64,000 nucleotides of DNA from Felis catus (GCF_018350175.1 NC_058369.1:8372001-8436000); one strand, 5' to 3'; shown: positions 38,694-51,592, counted from the stretch's first letter. Notes: generated by a model not told the origin, from the letters alone. Numbers and translations are program-made.

Positions 38694-41080
38694 GTAGATG
38701 TCGGGACTACCCTGGGCCCTGGTTTAACAGCTCGGGCATCTCGATGGGCCAAGGGAATCTTGGTGAAGGGATGGAGTGGGCTTACCTTTCACCCCTGCAC
38801 TTTCTGACCTGGCCTGTGCCTCGCGGAAGCCTCCGTTCCCCTCTCTGTTAAATGGGGCTGATAACAGTGCCCGCCAACCCCCCCTAAGGCGTGTGAAGGC
38901 TTTGGGTGCGTGGTGGTGGCTTATCCCAGAGTCCTCCAGGCACAGGGACCTAAAACATTATCGAGGCCCCTTTGATGACCTGTTTTCAGGCACTTGCCCA
39001 ACAGGGCCAGGGTGAGGTGGTGAGGCACTCCCTTGGGCACCATCTGAGGGCGTACCAAAAGCCCAGCACTTAAATAATATTTTATTACATTATTTTTTTT
39101 TAGTATTTTTTTACTGTTTATTTTCGAGAGAGCGAGCGAGCGTACTTGTGACAGAGCATGAGCAGGGGAGTGGCAGAGAGAGAGGGAGACAAAATTGGAA
39201 GTAGGCTCCAGGCTCTGAGCTGTCAGCACAGAACCCGATGCAGGGCTTGAACCTGCAAACTGTGAGATCATGACCTGAGCCAAAATCAGATGCTTAACCT
39301 ACTGGGCCACCCAGGTGCCTCTTTAATGTTTATTTTTGGGAGAGAGAGAGAGAATGAGCAGGGGAGGGGCAGAGAGAGGGAGAGACAGAGGATCCAAAGC
39401 AGGCTCTGAGCTGACAACAGAGGGCCCAATGGGGGACTCGAACCCACAAACCGTGAGATCCTGACCTGAGCCAAAATCAGATGCTTAACCAACTGAGCCA
39501 TCCAGGTGCCCAACTACATTTAAAAAAAAAAAAAAAAAAAATCACCAAACTATGGGCCATGGGCCAAACACTTGGTTTTGTAAATATAGTTTGATCAGAG
39601 CCAGGGTCTCAAAGAGGCAAGTGTAGAGTCAGATCCTGTCTTCCTAAAAATGTGATCCTTTGTCATGGGATCTTGGCCTTAATTTTTATTAAACAAAAAC
39701 CAAAAAACACCACACACATTAGGATGTTACTTGATTACTAAAGTCTTTTTGGTGGGAGGCAGGGAGGAGGCTCTAAGTTTTTGCTTGTGGGAGGGCCTCG
39801 CTGTCCTCACCCTACCAGTCTCAAGGTCAGAGCTGGGCTCTCAGTGAAATCAGTGGAAGACTTGCCATTCATCTCTTCGGCCACCAGAGGGCCCCTGTCC
39901 TGGAGTTCGATCAGCTAGAAAATGGAGCCCCTAGAATTTTTTTTGACCAGAAAAAAAAGGGGCGCATCAGCAAGTTTCAGACATTTTCCCCCACTCAGAG
40001 TAGCTAAAGCCCCTGTGCAACCATAAACAAGGTAAAGCGGGGACTGCTGTGGTCAAGGGAGGCCGGGAAACCTTTTTGCTTGGGGGTGCCCCTGCTTGAA
40101 AACCCATTTCACAAACAGGCCTGTCTAGGGCGTCTCGATTTTGGTGAATGAGTCCTTTTAAGGGGAAAAACTTCTCAAAGATCTTGCTGCTGCCTTATTT
40201 ATTTATTTATTTTAATGTTTATTTATTTATTTATTTTGAGGGAGGGGGAGGTGCAAAGAGAGAAGGAGAGAGAATCCCAGGCAGGCTCTGTGCTCAGTCT
40301 CATGAACCATGAGGCCATGACCTGAGCCGAGATCAAGAGTCAGATGCTTAACCGACTGAGCCACCCGGGCACCCCACCTTATTTTTGTTAAAAGTTTTCT
40401 CAAACCTGAGCCGATGTCAAAGTAGAAATTCCATGCACCCAGGTGGGGTTGACTTTAACTGGTGACCTACGTACATGTGACCCAGGTGTGGTCTTTCAGT
40501 CTTCCCAGCCTGTTTGCCTGCTTGAAGGACTTTAAACTTTGATTTGCACGGGGCCCTTACAGGGCTCAGGTGCACATTCATGGTTGCGTAACGAGGTCTC
40601 CCCCAATATTTATTAACTGGGGACAGTTGAGACAGGACTAGGGCGCTTCGGCGCGATCCAAGCCAGGCACTGGGGTTGCTGCACGGTATGGAGTCACGTG
40701 GTGGCCGCTGCCCCACCCAGAACGGTCTCATTTCCATCAAATGCAGACCCGGGGTGAAAAATTCCACCAGCGACCTCACCAACTGTTGAGAACGTACCTG
40801 CAGGCTTTTGCCTGCCAGACCGTTGGCCCCTTTCCCAGAGCCTCGTAACGCTTGGCTGAAGGGCCCTCTTAAATCTGCTCCATAACCGTGCCTGCTAATG
40901 AATAAGGCCCCAGCGTGGTGCCTCCCAAACCCGGGAGTCCCTCCGAGTTGCTTTGAGCTTTTAAGGACGCCGAGCAGCACCAGGCGTTTTTCTCGCGCGT
41001 GTCGGCGGCCGCACACGTGCCGCGTTTTCCGTGGCCCTCGCTGTGGATCCGAACCTCACTTTCTCCCCTCTCCCGAGCAG

Positions 41081-41158
41081 CCCTGGGCGATGCTGCCAGC
41101 AGAGGAGACGAGGAGAGACCGAGGAGCGTGGGGGCCCTGTACGTCATCCTCCCCATCG
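41081..41158 (+). CDS. LDLR: LDL receptor exon 16 (start of transmembrane helix)
   Basis: agcag|...|gtaagc; 78 nt; LGDAASRGDEERPRSVGALYVILPI. Confidence 0.95.
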
Positions 41159-42196
41159 GTAAGCCCATCGGGCCCGCCCCACTTCCCGGCTCCCCGCCGG
41201 AGGACCACCCTGCCCAGCCAGCCGGTCCGGTCCACCTGTATGCCCAGGATGGGGGCGCCCCCCGCCCACGTGCCCTGTTCATCACTGCGGCCCCCTTTGT
41301 AGCTCCATTCACTCAACAAATCCGGTCGAGCGCCTGCTGTAAGGCCACTTCTGGGCCGTGGGGCTGCAGCTGTCCCCGCCGCTGGGTCAGCTGCAGGAAG
41401 GGGGCTGCAGAGAAGGCCTCCCGCCACCGGAGGGGCGCCTCCTGGCAAACAGTGCTCTTGTAGGGGGAGTTTGGGGGGTTCTACACCCTCCCATCCCTGT
41501 CCATTGTAACTCCGTTAGCATCACACCTGATTTTCCTTTTCTAAGGAAATCCTTCCGAGGTGTCCCTTCCCCACCCCCAGCCCACTCACAGGACCTGCAC
41601 TTTAGTGCCCAGTGGCCGTCTGGCTCTGAGTTGACAGGTGGCAGTGGGACCCTTGCCTCCCGAACAAGGCCCCCACCCTGTGTCCTCCCAGCAGAGCCTG
41701 AAGCTGTCCCACGCCCTGGGCAGTGGCCAGGTTTTGTTTTTGTTTTTGTTTTTGTTTTTTTACAAACCTGGCTAGGTGAGCCCTTGGTTGTCCCCTGGAT
41801 CTGGGAGGGGCATGGTGCACCACCCAGGGGTCCCCTCATAAACGAGGCAGAGAGCACCCAGATGGAGAAGAGAATGAGTTTGGCCGTGTCCATAGAGAAC
41901 AGTCCCATTTCTGAAAGAGCCCCATGACTCAGAAGCACCTGGAAGAATCGACTGCGGTCGGGTATTTCCGGGGCGAGCCAGTCACAGCGGGCTAGAGATT
42001 AGAGATTGGTCATGTGTATGGATAGGTTCCCCACCCCCACCCCACCCCCCCGACCCCGCAGTGGACAAGTATGGCTTGAAATTGGAACAAAAAAAACCTA
42101 CAGAAGTCCGAAGCCAGGAGTCTGCAGGCGGCATCACTTGGGGACGTAGGGCTCTGGGGCCACCTGCTGACCGGGCTGGGCCACCTCGCCCTGCAG

Positions 42197-42354
42197 TGCT
42201 GCTCATCCTCCTGGGCTTCGGGACCTTCCTTCTCTGGAAGAACTGGCGGCTGAAAAGCATCAACAGCATCAACTTTGACAACCCCGTGTACCAGAAGACC
42301 ACGGAGGACGAGGTCCACATCTGCTGCAGCCAGGACGGCTACACCTACCCTTCG
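42197..42354 (+). CDS. LDLR: LDL receptor exon 17 (TM end and cytoplasmic tail with FDNPVY)
   Basis: tgcag|...|gtgggc; 158 nt; [58 protein letters not shown] at 42274-42291. Confidence 0.97.
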
Positions 42355-42984
42355 GTGGGCGCCCTGCGCCGCCCCGGCGGCCCCCTTCCTCCCTGCAAGG
42401 CCGTGAGGTCCTCCGGGATGCTCCAGTGGTGGGGGACCGGCAGGGGGACAGGGGATCGGGAGAGGAAAGAAAACAAGAAAGCCAGTGGGGGCCGGGAGGG
42501 AGGGAGGGAGGGAGTGCGATTTTAGATAAGGAGGCTGGGGCAGGTCTCCCTGTGCAGGGACAGCCCTCGAGCAGGCTGGTGTGCTTGAGGAACGCAGAGG
42601 TGGCCGGAGCGGGGACGTGGGGGCTGTCGAGGGAGGAGCCGAGTGACAGGGACCATGGCAGATGGAGCAGGGCCTTGTGGGCCATGGGGAGGATTCTGGC
42701 TTTGCTCTTAGAAGGTAGGAGCCACGGAGGGTTCTGAGCAGAGGAGGGACTTGACCTGGCTCAGGGCTCACAGGCGCCCTCCCCTGGCTGTGGGAGGAAA
42801 GACCGAGCCCCAGGTCGGGAGCCCTGAGCCCAGGGTGGAACCCGGTGTGCTGGTTCAGCCCCGCGATGGGGCCGGGCTGGCTGCGGGGTGGGGCCGAGAG
42901 GGAGCGAGGAGGCGTAGGTGGCCTCTTGCCATGTTTACCGACTGTTGGACTGATCGCTTCCGGCGTTTATCTTTCTGTTGACAG

Positions 42985-43020
42985 AGACAGATGGTCAGCC
43001 TGGAGGACGATGTGGCCTGA
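42985..43020 (+). CDS. LDLR: LDL receptor exon 18 coding part (C-terminus and stop)
   Basis: gacag|AGA CAG ATG GTC AGC CTG GAG GAC GAT GTG GCC TGA = RQMVSLEDDVA*; the 18 exons sum to 2601 nt (866 aa). Confidence 0.96.
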   Translation, partial: RQMVSLEDDVA

Positions 43021-43213
43021 GCCGCCGCCTCGAGTCCTGTGCTTCCCCGGAACCTGCTGCCCGACGCGGGCAGGAAGAACACTTTCTCCCAGGACCCTTG
43101 ACCCGCGCCACACCCTTCCTCCTGGTCCCTGCAAAGAAAGAAGTGACCGAAAGCACTGTCGGTGGCCACAGCCTCAGCGCCGGCAGCCGCTTGGCCTGCC
43201 TGCCAGAGCTTTG

Positions 43214-43228
43214 TTTTATATATTTATT
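43214..43228 (+). promoter_or_regulatory. AU-rich element (proximal LDLR ARE)
   Basis: TTTTATATATTTATT with ATTTA core about 200 nt after the stop, inside a GC-rich UTR. Confidence 0.7.
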
Positions 43229-44697
43229 CTTCTGGGAGGCAGAACGGGCTTCCGACGGCGCACACGCAACGGGTTGGGGTTGGGTTTTTTTCTTTCTTTC
43301 TTTCTCTAGGAATAGCGGAGAAGAGCAGGCCAAAGGAGCTGGGGGGACATCTCTGTCCCCTCCAGGGACCGCTCACTTCTCCCCCGCTCCCGACGCACTG
43401 ACGGAGGGGCACAGGGGGAGAGGCGCACATGGCTTTGAACCGCGAGAGCAGGCACTACCCCCGGGGTCCTGGGTAGCTGCCGGACCCCCGCCTCTCTAGC
43501 CCGAGCCCCCCACTCAGGAGTAAGTGCGTTCACCCCTGCCTTGCTGGACGGCCAGAGTTAGCTTTTGCTCTGCTCCCCCCAGATCTGGATCAAACTAGGG
43601 TTTCCCCAGCGAGGTTCGTGCCCTCCCTTGACGCCAGGACTCTGGCGTCGCTGTGGCTCTGGCCAAGTGCCGCATCCCGGGGGGGGGAGGGGGGCCCTGA
43701 GGCCCCCCCGCCTCCATTCCCCGAAACCGCGACAGCTCCCAGAGAGAGCCCGAGCCACCGATCGTCCTTAATATTAAGTGCCTGAGCTACCCCGTTACCC
43801 GAGGCGCGAAGGCAGCGGCCGCCAACCTCTAAGAGCACCCGTCACTCTGGGTGTGGCTGTCTGGACCCCAGCTCCTTCCAGGTCCCCTTGCACTTTTTTC
43901 GTTCGGGGCCGTATCCTGCGTCAAGTCGACGTTCTTACTATTTTGCACTGGTTTCTGTTCCAGGTGGGAGGGGTCCGTGCGGATGAGCCTGCTGTCTGGG
44001 GCCTCCCTCCCCCGCCCCCCCCCCCCCCCCAATCAAAGTCACAATCACGACTCTCCGGCTCCTGTGGCCGCTTCTGTGCAGATGCCCCTGGGCCGTTAAT
44101 TTCCCCGCGAGAAGACGGTTCGCTTTAGCCCTGCAAGGCATCCCCTGGGCTTGGCCATTTTTATGGGACTTCGGAAACCAAACTTTCTGATCCTATCACA
44201 CATGTCACACTCACGACCAAAGAAAGAAGTGCGAGCCTCTTGTGGATTCCCGCCTAAAGTCGTCCAGGGAGTGTCCACGTTCACTGCATGACCACTAAGC
44301 ACTGCGTCCTACTCTGCAGGAAACTGTGAAAGCCTTTTCTCCTCTGGAAGCATGTAAATAAACTGCTGTACAGATGCGGGGGCGGGGAGGGGCGCTTTTT
44401 GTTACGTTTGCACTTTGTATATTCGTTAGACATTTATCACTTATATATATGAAACAGAGATCTATTTATTTTTGCAAACCCTGGTTGCTGCATCTGTGAC
44501 CCCTCTGGGGGCTCTGCATTGGGGGGAAGTTGTCTCTGAGACGCCTCTTCACTTTTGTACAAAGATGATTCGTGCGGGCTTCGCGCGAAGCCCTTCAGGA
44601 GAAATGGGTCCGTGTTGGGTTGTTTTGGGGGATGGGTACCGCTTTTTACAACCACTGTATAGAACGTTTTTATAGCCTGAATGTCTTACTGTGATCG

Positions 44698-44703
44698 ATT
44701 AAA
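44698..44703 (+). terminator. LDLR distal polyadenylation signal ATTAAA
   Basis: ATTAAA followed by T-rich sequence at the end of the block resembling the human UTR end. Confidence 0.75.
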
Positions 44704-47700
44704 TTTCTTAAATGAACCGCTTGGCTCCTCCTGGAATGCTCTTTTTCCGCTCCTTGTCTGGGCTCCTCCATCTGGACATGGGCGGGACTTTCCCAGGAGG
44801 CGGTTCTGGAAAGGGAACATTCCCGAGAGCTCAGGACAGGCTGCGGGCTCCGGGGCGCTTCCCCGAGTTGGGACTTCTTGCTAAGTCTGCACGCTCGTCC
44901 CACTGAACTGCATCTACCGGGCGGCTGTGATGCAGGCGAGGGCCGTTTGATTTTATCCACTGCAGTGACTAAAAAGAGTCTGCCCTCAAGGAGCTGACAG
45001 CTTAGAAGGGGAAATGGAGGCTGACGACGACATTAGTTCGGAAGGATGTTAAACAGGGTAACGGGGAGAGAAGTGACTGGCAGGGAGAAGATTCCTTTAG
45101 GGGGGGAGTCCGGGGAAGGAGTCTCTCGGGAGGTGACACTTGAGCTGAATCCAGAAGGGGAAGAGTGTCCGGGGCTGAGACCTTCGCACTTCGCTCAATC
45201 AACACGAGTGATTTGGAAGGAAGCTTCCCTTCACGCCCGTGGGCTCCGGGGGTGGTTTGGTGTAAGTTTTCTTACAGGAGGAGACCAAGGCTAAACACCC
45301 ACCTAATTAGTTGCTAAGATACAAACCAAGAGGGGGCGCGCGGGTGACTCAATCCCTTAAGCCTCTGACTTCAGCGCAGGTCATGATCTCACGGTCTGTG
45401 AGTTGAAGCCCCGCGTCGGGCCCCGTGCTGACAGCTCAGAGCCTGGAGCCTCCTTCGGATTCTCTGTCTCCCTCTCTCCCTGCTCCAACCCCCGCTCATG
45501 CTCTCTCTCAAAAATAAATATTTAAAAAAATTTTAAAAGATGTAAAGCAAGAGATTTCATAACACAAATCCAAATAACCGTGAGTTCCGGCGAATCTGCC
45601 CTCAAATTCCACTGTGGCGACATCTGGCTAGAGCTGTGGGCGTCCAGGCACACGCACCCCCATTCTCTCGTGCACCCAGGCTTTACCAGAGTCTGGACCC
45701 GGAGGCAGTTAGGGCCCCTGTCCTTGAACATCGCAAGTCAAACCACAGTCTAGACGTAGCAGCTGGGGTACAGTCAGGAGCACAGCAGGTCAATGGATGG
45801 AACCTAATCCCGGGAACCAAGTATAACAGACCAAATGGGGCAAGCCGTAATGACAGGCCACCTCGCGCGATTAGGGTTCCAGTCCAGGTCCCTAGAGGAG
45901 TCCCATCTGTAGAGACAGGAAGTAGATGGTGGGAGCCAGGGGCTGGGGAGTTAGTGTCTCATGGGGACAGAGCTTGAGAAGAGCTGAAAGTTCTGGAGAC
46001 GCATGGTGGGAATGCCAGCCATGGTAACATACTTGATGCCCCTGAATTGGACACTTAAACGGGTAAGATGGCAAATGTGATGTTTATATGTATTGGGACA
46101 CCATTTAAAATAATACTAAACGATTTTTTTTTTTTTTTTTGAAGACGAAATTGGGAGGGCGCCTGGGCGGCTCAGTCAGTTGAGCCTCTGACTCTTGATT
46201 TCAGCTCAGGTCATGATCCCAGGGTGGTGGGATCGAGCCCCGTGTCAGGCTCCATGCTGAGCACGGAGCCTGCTTAAGATTCTTTCTCTCTCTCTCTCTC
46301 TCTCTCTCCCTCTGCCCCTCTACCCCGCTAGCGCTCTTGAGCTCTCTCTAAAATTTAAAAATAAAGACCAAACAGGAGAACAATGAGATAGCCAGAAATG
46401 AGCAACAGTGTAAGGTGGGGCTGGTGTTACTGGAACCCAGGAGGGAAGCTGGCGGGAGCTTCCCAGGAGACACTGTCTACGGCAGAAAAAAGGGAGTCGG
46501 CGTCTCCCCTCCTCCCGGCGCCCTCTCCCACCAGCGCCCCCCACTGGCTGAACTCAGCAGGGCCTCGGGATCGGGGTTCCCTGTCTCACAGGGCAGAGGG
46601 AAGGCAGGCAGGAACGGGCTGGGAGCAGGCGACCCAGTTGAGCTGGGAAGAACACACTGGGTCGGGCCACCTAGGTGGAGACGGGTGACCTTGGGCCCAT
46701 TAGAGCCTCAGTTTCCCCAGTTGAAACTGGGGTCAATGCTAACCCCCCACCTCCCAGCCTCAGGCCGTGTAGGGGGCTCTGCGCATGCCTGCAGGACGCC
46801 GGGAGCGGCAGGGACTGTTATCTTTTCTGTGTCCACAGGGTGGCACTTCCTTCCTTCCTTCCGCCTTTTGTCTTGGGAAGGTTCCAAAATGCCTCTGGGG
46901 GTGAAAACTGAACAGACCGCACAGGAAGCGTCGGGGCCGCACACGGCCGGTCGATAATTGGTTGATTGACTGAGTTCATGCTCAGCCGCGTGGCAAACGG
47001 GACAAATGAACATAAATGGCTTGGCGAACGGAAGGGGCGTGGAGGTGGCCCGAGGATGCAGCGGGAGGTGGGGGGTGGGGGGTGGGGGTGGGGGTCCCGG
47101 GCCAAGGGCACACGTGAGAATGGCCAGAGGTGATGGAAGTTTCTGGTGTCTGGCTCAGGCCAGCCGTTTTCTGTTGAAACAGGACCAGTGACTAAAATCC
47201 TTCCCGGGCGCTCCCACCGCATCGCTGAATGTGGCACAGGCACGTGGGACTCGGAGCTTCATGACAAGAGCATACCCTTCTTGGGGACATGCTCCTTGGT
47301 GTGGCCCTCTGAGGAGAGGACAGTATCAAGCGCCCATTTTACAGATGGGAAAAGGGAGGTTCAGGTCACCGAGCTCGGGGGCCGGGGAGGGGGGACCCAG
47401 ATGCCACGCTCGCCTCTCCCTACTGACTGCGAGGGGTGGGGGGAGGGATTCCCTGGGCTCAGAACGGGGTCCCCCGTTGGAAGGCCCCAAGTAAGACTGC
47501 CCTGGTGCCAGCTCCCTGGTCTGCGGGCTCAGTGCCACCGGGGTGCGGGGTCTGCAGGGGCCAGACGCCTTCTGCAGCTGGGGGTGGTCAACCCCAGCAC
47601 AGGGTAGAGGGGGCTGGCCGTCCTGTCCTCCCGGCTCTGGGGGCTCAGTAGCTCTGACCAGGACAGGGTCAGGGGTGCGAGGAAGCTGCTCAGCTAAGCT

Positions 47701-50700
47701 GATACCCCAACCCGTGTCCTCTGCGCCCCCCCCCCCTCCCCGCAGCCCAAACCACAGCTGCCTGTGGTGAGTCAGGCTGGAGCCTGCAGGGCTGAGCCCA
47801 GGTCCATGGGGGAGAGGGGAGAGGGGAGGCTGCCCTCCCCCTGCAGCCTCCCCCTCCCGCCCCTTCCCCACCGTGGGAGTCAGTGCCCCGTTCCCTCCCC
47901 CAGGAAGTGGATTCCCGGATGTAGGGATGGAGAGGCCGAGGGCTCCGACTGTGGCGAGCCCTGGTCACATCATCCACCCTGCCCAGCAGGGCAGCCGAGT
48001 GGGGTGGAGGGGTTGGAGGCGGGGCCGCCCCTGGGACTCCTGGCTCCTACCCAGCCTCCCCTCCAGGCAGTTCAGGTTTCAGCTCTGCTTCCCGCCCTGG
48101 GTGGAGGGGCTGCCTCCCACCCGAGCCCCGCCCTCCCAAGGCCCAGCTGCTCTGCTTCCCCCAGCCTCTGCTCCCACGCCGTGCAGGATGGAGCGGGGAG
48201 CTTGGGGCCGACAGCAAGACTGGCCCCCTAGAGACGCTGGGCTGCTGCAAGGTGGCCTGTGTTAAGAGGCTGTCATCAGGCTCCCTCTTCCTGAGCCCCA
48301 ACTCTGGGGTCCTGCCTGGAACCTGAAGAGTCTCTCCAGCTCTTACTGTGGACTGCAGGCCCTGCATGATCAAGCAACCACTCCCTTCTCCCAACCCCAT
48401 GCGATCGACGGAGCCCCTGCCTCAACGTTCGGGCCTCCCAGTTCTCCCAGTTCTTTTTGCACTTGTTCCCTCTGCCCGGATCACTGTCTCCACACTTTTG
48501 TCCCCCGGGGGGGGGGGGGGGCTCAGGTCTGGGCTCCAATGACACCGCCTCACCAGGGCCTCCTACAGAGCCTCCCCCAAGAGCAACAGTATCGCGAACT
48601 GAAAGTTGGAGTTAAGTACACAAACTCTGGATCCGGTTCAAACCCTGGTTCTACCATTCATTGGCTGTGAAAACATATACAAATAACTTGACCTCTCTGT
48701 GCCTCGGTTTCCTCCTCCGTGACACAGTAAGTCTTGGCCTCCCCTGGAGTGTGGCTCCCTGATGGGGGGCCCGGCAGGTCACAGACGCCCAGTCCACATT
48801 CCTGAGTCAATTGGACAGGCTGCCGGAAGCTTGGGACCACCCAGGCCCAATGAGGGCCACACACAGTGTCCCCAAGACCCCAAGGATTGCCATGACGACG
48901 CCCTGCAGCCAGTCTTCCCAGATGGTCCCCAGCCAGTCCAGAAAGATCAGATCACGGCTTCACATCCAACAACTGAGGTTCAAATAAAGCCTCGGACACC
49001 TGTTCCCTGGGCACACGCACTCGCCCACCCCGTTGATCTATAAACTAGGAACAGGTCTGACCATAGCTCACAGCAGGATGGGGCATGGGGGAGCCTGGGT
49101 GGGCTGACCCGCCCATGGCGACCAAGGCCAGCCAATTCAGAGGAAGATGCCGGGTGGGGACCCTCGAGGGCAGCCAGCCTTAGGGCTTTACTGCCTTAGC
49201 TCGCACTCAGCATTTCCCTGGCTGTTCTCCCCGGTTACAAGCCAGGTCAGCTGGGCATTCCGGTATGTGACACACCGCCACCTATCACGAGTGACTTAGA
49301 ACTTCGGCCTCCCAGCTCCACCAACACAGACGTGGGTCCCGTCCTTGCTTGGCCTCTTTCAACCTTGAATAAGGGGCAACCACCCCAGAGGCTGTTTCTC
49401 ATCTGAAAAGCCAAGATGCTCTCCCATGGACCCGACAGCCCCACTGTGGGGGGAGGGTTCAGGCTCCACGGGTGACTTTGGGCAAGTGACTGGACCGTGC
49501 CATGCCTGTGTCGCCATCTGTAAGATAAATATTCCTTACTGGTTCGTGCTGGTGCGGGACCCGTGCTGGTCCTGGGGGGTTGGGTGCAGGAGGGGGAAGG
49601 GGGTCAAGCCTCAGCTCTATTTTTTTTTTTTTAATTTTTTTTAAGGTTTATTCATTTTTGAAAGACAGCGAGAGACAGAGTGCAAACAGGGGAGGGGCAG
49701 AGAGAGAGGGAGATACGGAATCCGAAGCAGGCTCCGGGCTGTCAGCACAGAGCTCGATGCGGGGCTCGAACCCACAAACCGTGAGATCATGACCCGAGCC
49801 GAAGTCAGACGCCCAACCAACCGAGCCACCCAGGCGCTCCAAGCCTCAGCTCTAAAGGCGCAAGACCAGTGACCTGGCTCCCCACTCCCTGGTCCTGGGG
49901 ACCCGAATCTCGCTTCCAACTCAACTGGGTTGGGCCCAGCACCCGACATGCCTGCCACCGGCCTCCAGGACTCAAGAGCTGGTGACCACCGCTGCCTGGG
50001 CGGCTCTCGGAGGGAGAACAGGCAGAGACACGGGTAGGGGTGCAGACCGGAGGCCGTGGGCCTGAGCCTGTCCTACTGGCTGTCCCAGGCATCCTGCCAG
50101 CGCTGGGCAGTGAGTCAGAGCCCAGGCATGCGGAGGGCCCGGGCCTCTCCAGGCCCCTGTGAGCTCAGGCACCTCCCTGAACCCGCCCGCCAGGCCACGT
50201 TCCTTACCCACTTGCTCACTCCTTCGGCCAGTCCCTGGGGCTGCCTGGGGAGACAGACGTACACAGCCGCTCCGAGCCTGGGTTCGTGCGGCCTCCCTGA
50301 AGGGACCTTCTTCAGGGAAGAAGAACTGAGCTCCAAGCAGGCCAACACCTCCTTGGCCCCCTCCCAGAACAAAGAGCGATTGCTCAGAGAGGGAGAGGAG
50401 GTCCACGGAGGGCTTTAGGGCCTGGGCCCGGGGCGCCGATAGGCCTGGTCGGTAACAACATCCCGCCCCGCTGCACCTGCTTTCTCTCCCAGGCAGGCCA
50501 AGGTTTGATGGTCTGCAGGTTTGTTGGATTAACCGCGAGGCTGCAAGCCTCATTGCCTGCCCCCCGGCTCTCGGCTGGGCTGGGTCTATTCTAGCATGCT
50601 CTCGGGGGCCCGCCCGGGCAGACAGTGCTCCTGGCAACACCTCCCCCTACCCCCCCCACCCCACCCCCCCCCCGCCCGGGCGCAGGTGAGCCGGCCGAGG

Positions 50701-51517
50701 CCAGCTGCGTCAGCAGGAAAGGCCACCAAGGTGACAACAGCTACTCGGCCGACCGAGTGTGGACGCCTGGCCGGTTCGTGGCTGAAGCCGCAGGGCTGGG
50801 GGGCTGCCTGGTGTGTGCTCCACGTTTGTTGTGATGGAGGGGGTGGGGGGGGAGGGGGGAGTCCTCCTGGCAATCAGGGGGTGGGGACCGGAAAGCTGCT
50901 GGATGTCCCGCAATATCCAGGGCGGCCGGCACCACACAGAATGACTAGCCCTGAGGTCGCTAGGGCCGAGGTGGGAAAACCCCGGTTGAGTTCAAGTCTT
51001 CTGCCCTTTGGGGGCCGATGGTACAAACAGGAAGCTCTGTGCCCATTTCATACCGTAAAAGACCCTACCGATCTTGCAAACGAAGACCGCTCAGGAAGAC
51101 TTACAGGAACGTTTACTTGAACATGTAAAGCCGAGCCCTGGGCAGGAAAGCAGGGCCTCTGAGGTTCTGGGAATCTCTGTGAACCGAACGAACTGGTCCC
51201 TCTCCCTACAGCCCAATAGGCAGGCATCCTTGCCCGAGAACCTCCAAGGGTGACCTGAATGGACTCTTTCTAGGGCCCATGATGGGCTCAGATGCTGCTA
51301 GAACTTACTGCTTACGGTTCCCTCTGCCTAGAACGCATCCTCCCTGATGAAAACAACACTTACTGTACCATTGCACTTCCTAGAAACAATTCAGTGATAC
51401 GGAGGTGCAGGAAACCTTCTGACAAGGCTGTACCCAGAAGGCAGCCTGCGAGGTTCAAGGAAAATCTACTTCCCCTTGTCTACCAGGCAGCCAGGCTGGC
51501 CCTCAGCTTCCCATTTT

Positions 51518-51592
51518 CTTTATATATATTATATAATAAATTATATATATATATGTATACACATACATATATATATACATATATATATAAAT
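51518..51592. repeat. (TA)n/(TACA)n low-complexity microsatellite
   Basis: tttatatatattatataataaattatatatatatatgtatacacatacatatatatatacatatatatataaa. Confidence 0.9.

Larger units (their letters stand above)
43021..44720 (+). other. LDLR: LDLR 3'UTR (about 1.7 kb, SINE-free)
   Basis: Follows the stop codon; contains AU-rich blocks and ends in cttactgtgatcgattaaatttcttaaatgaacc, resembling the human LDLR mRNA 3' end as I recall it. Confidence 0.8.

Noticed and set aside
42010..42771. 253-aa antisense ORF over exon 17, and a similar 253-aa ORF at 55622-56383
   Set aside because: Both are GC-rich antisense shadows with non-ATG starts, no homology and no splice support.
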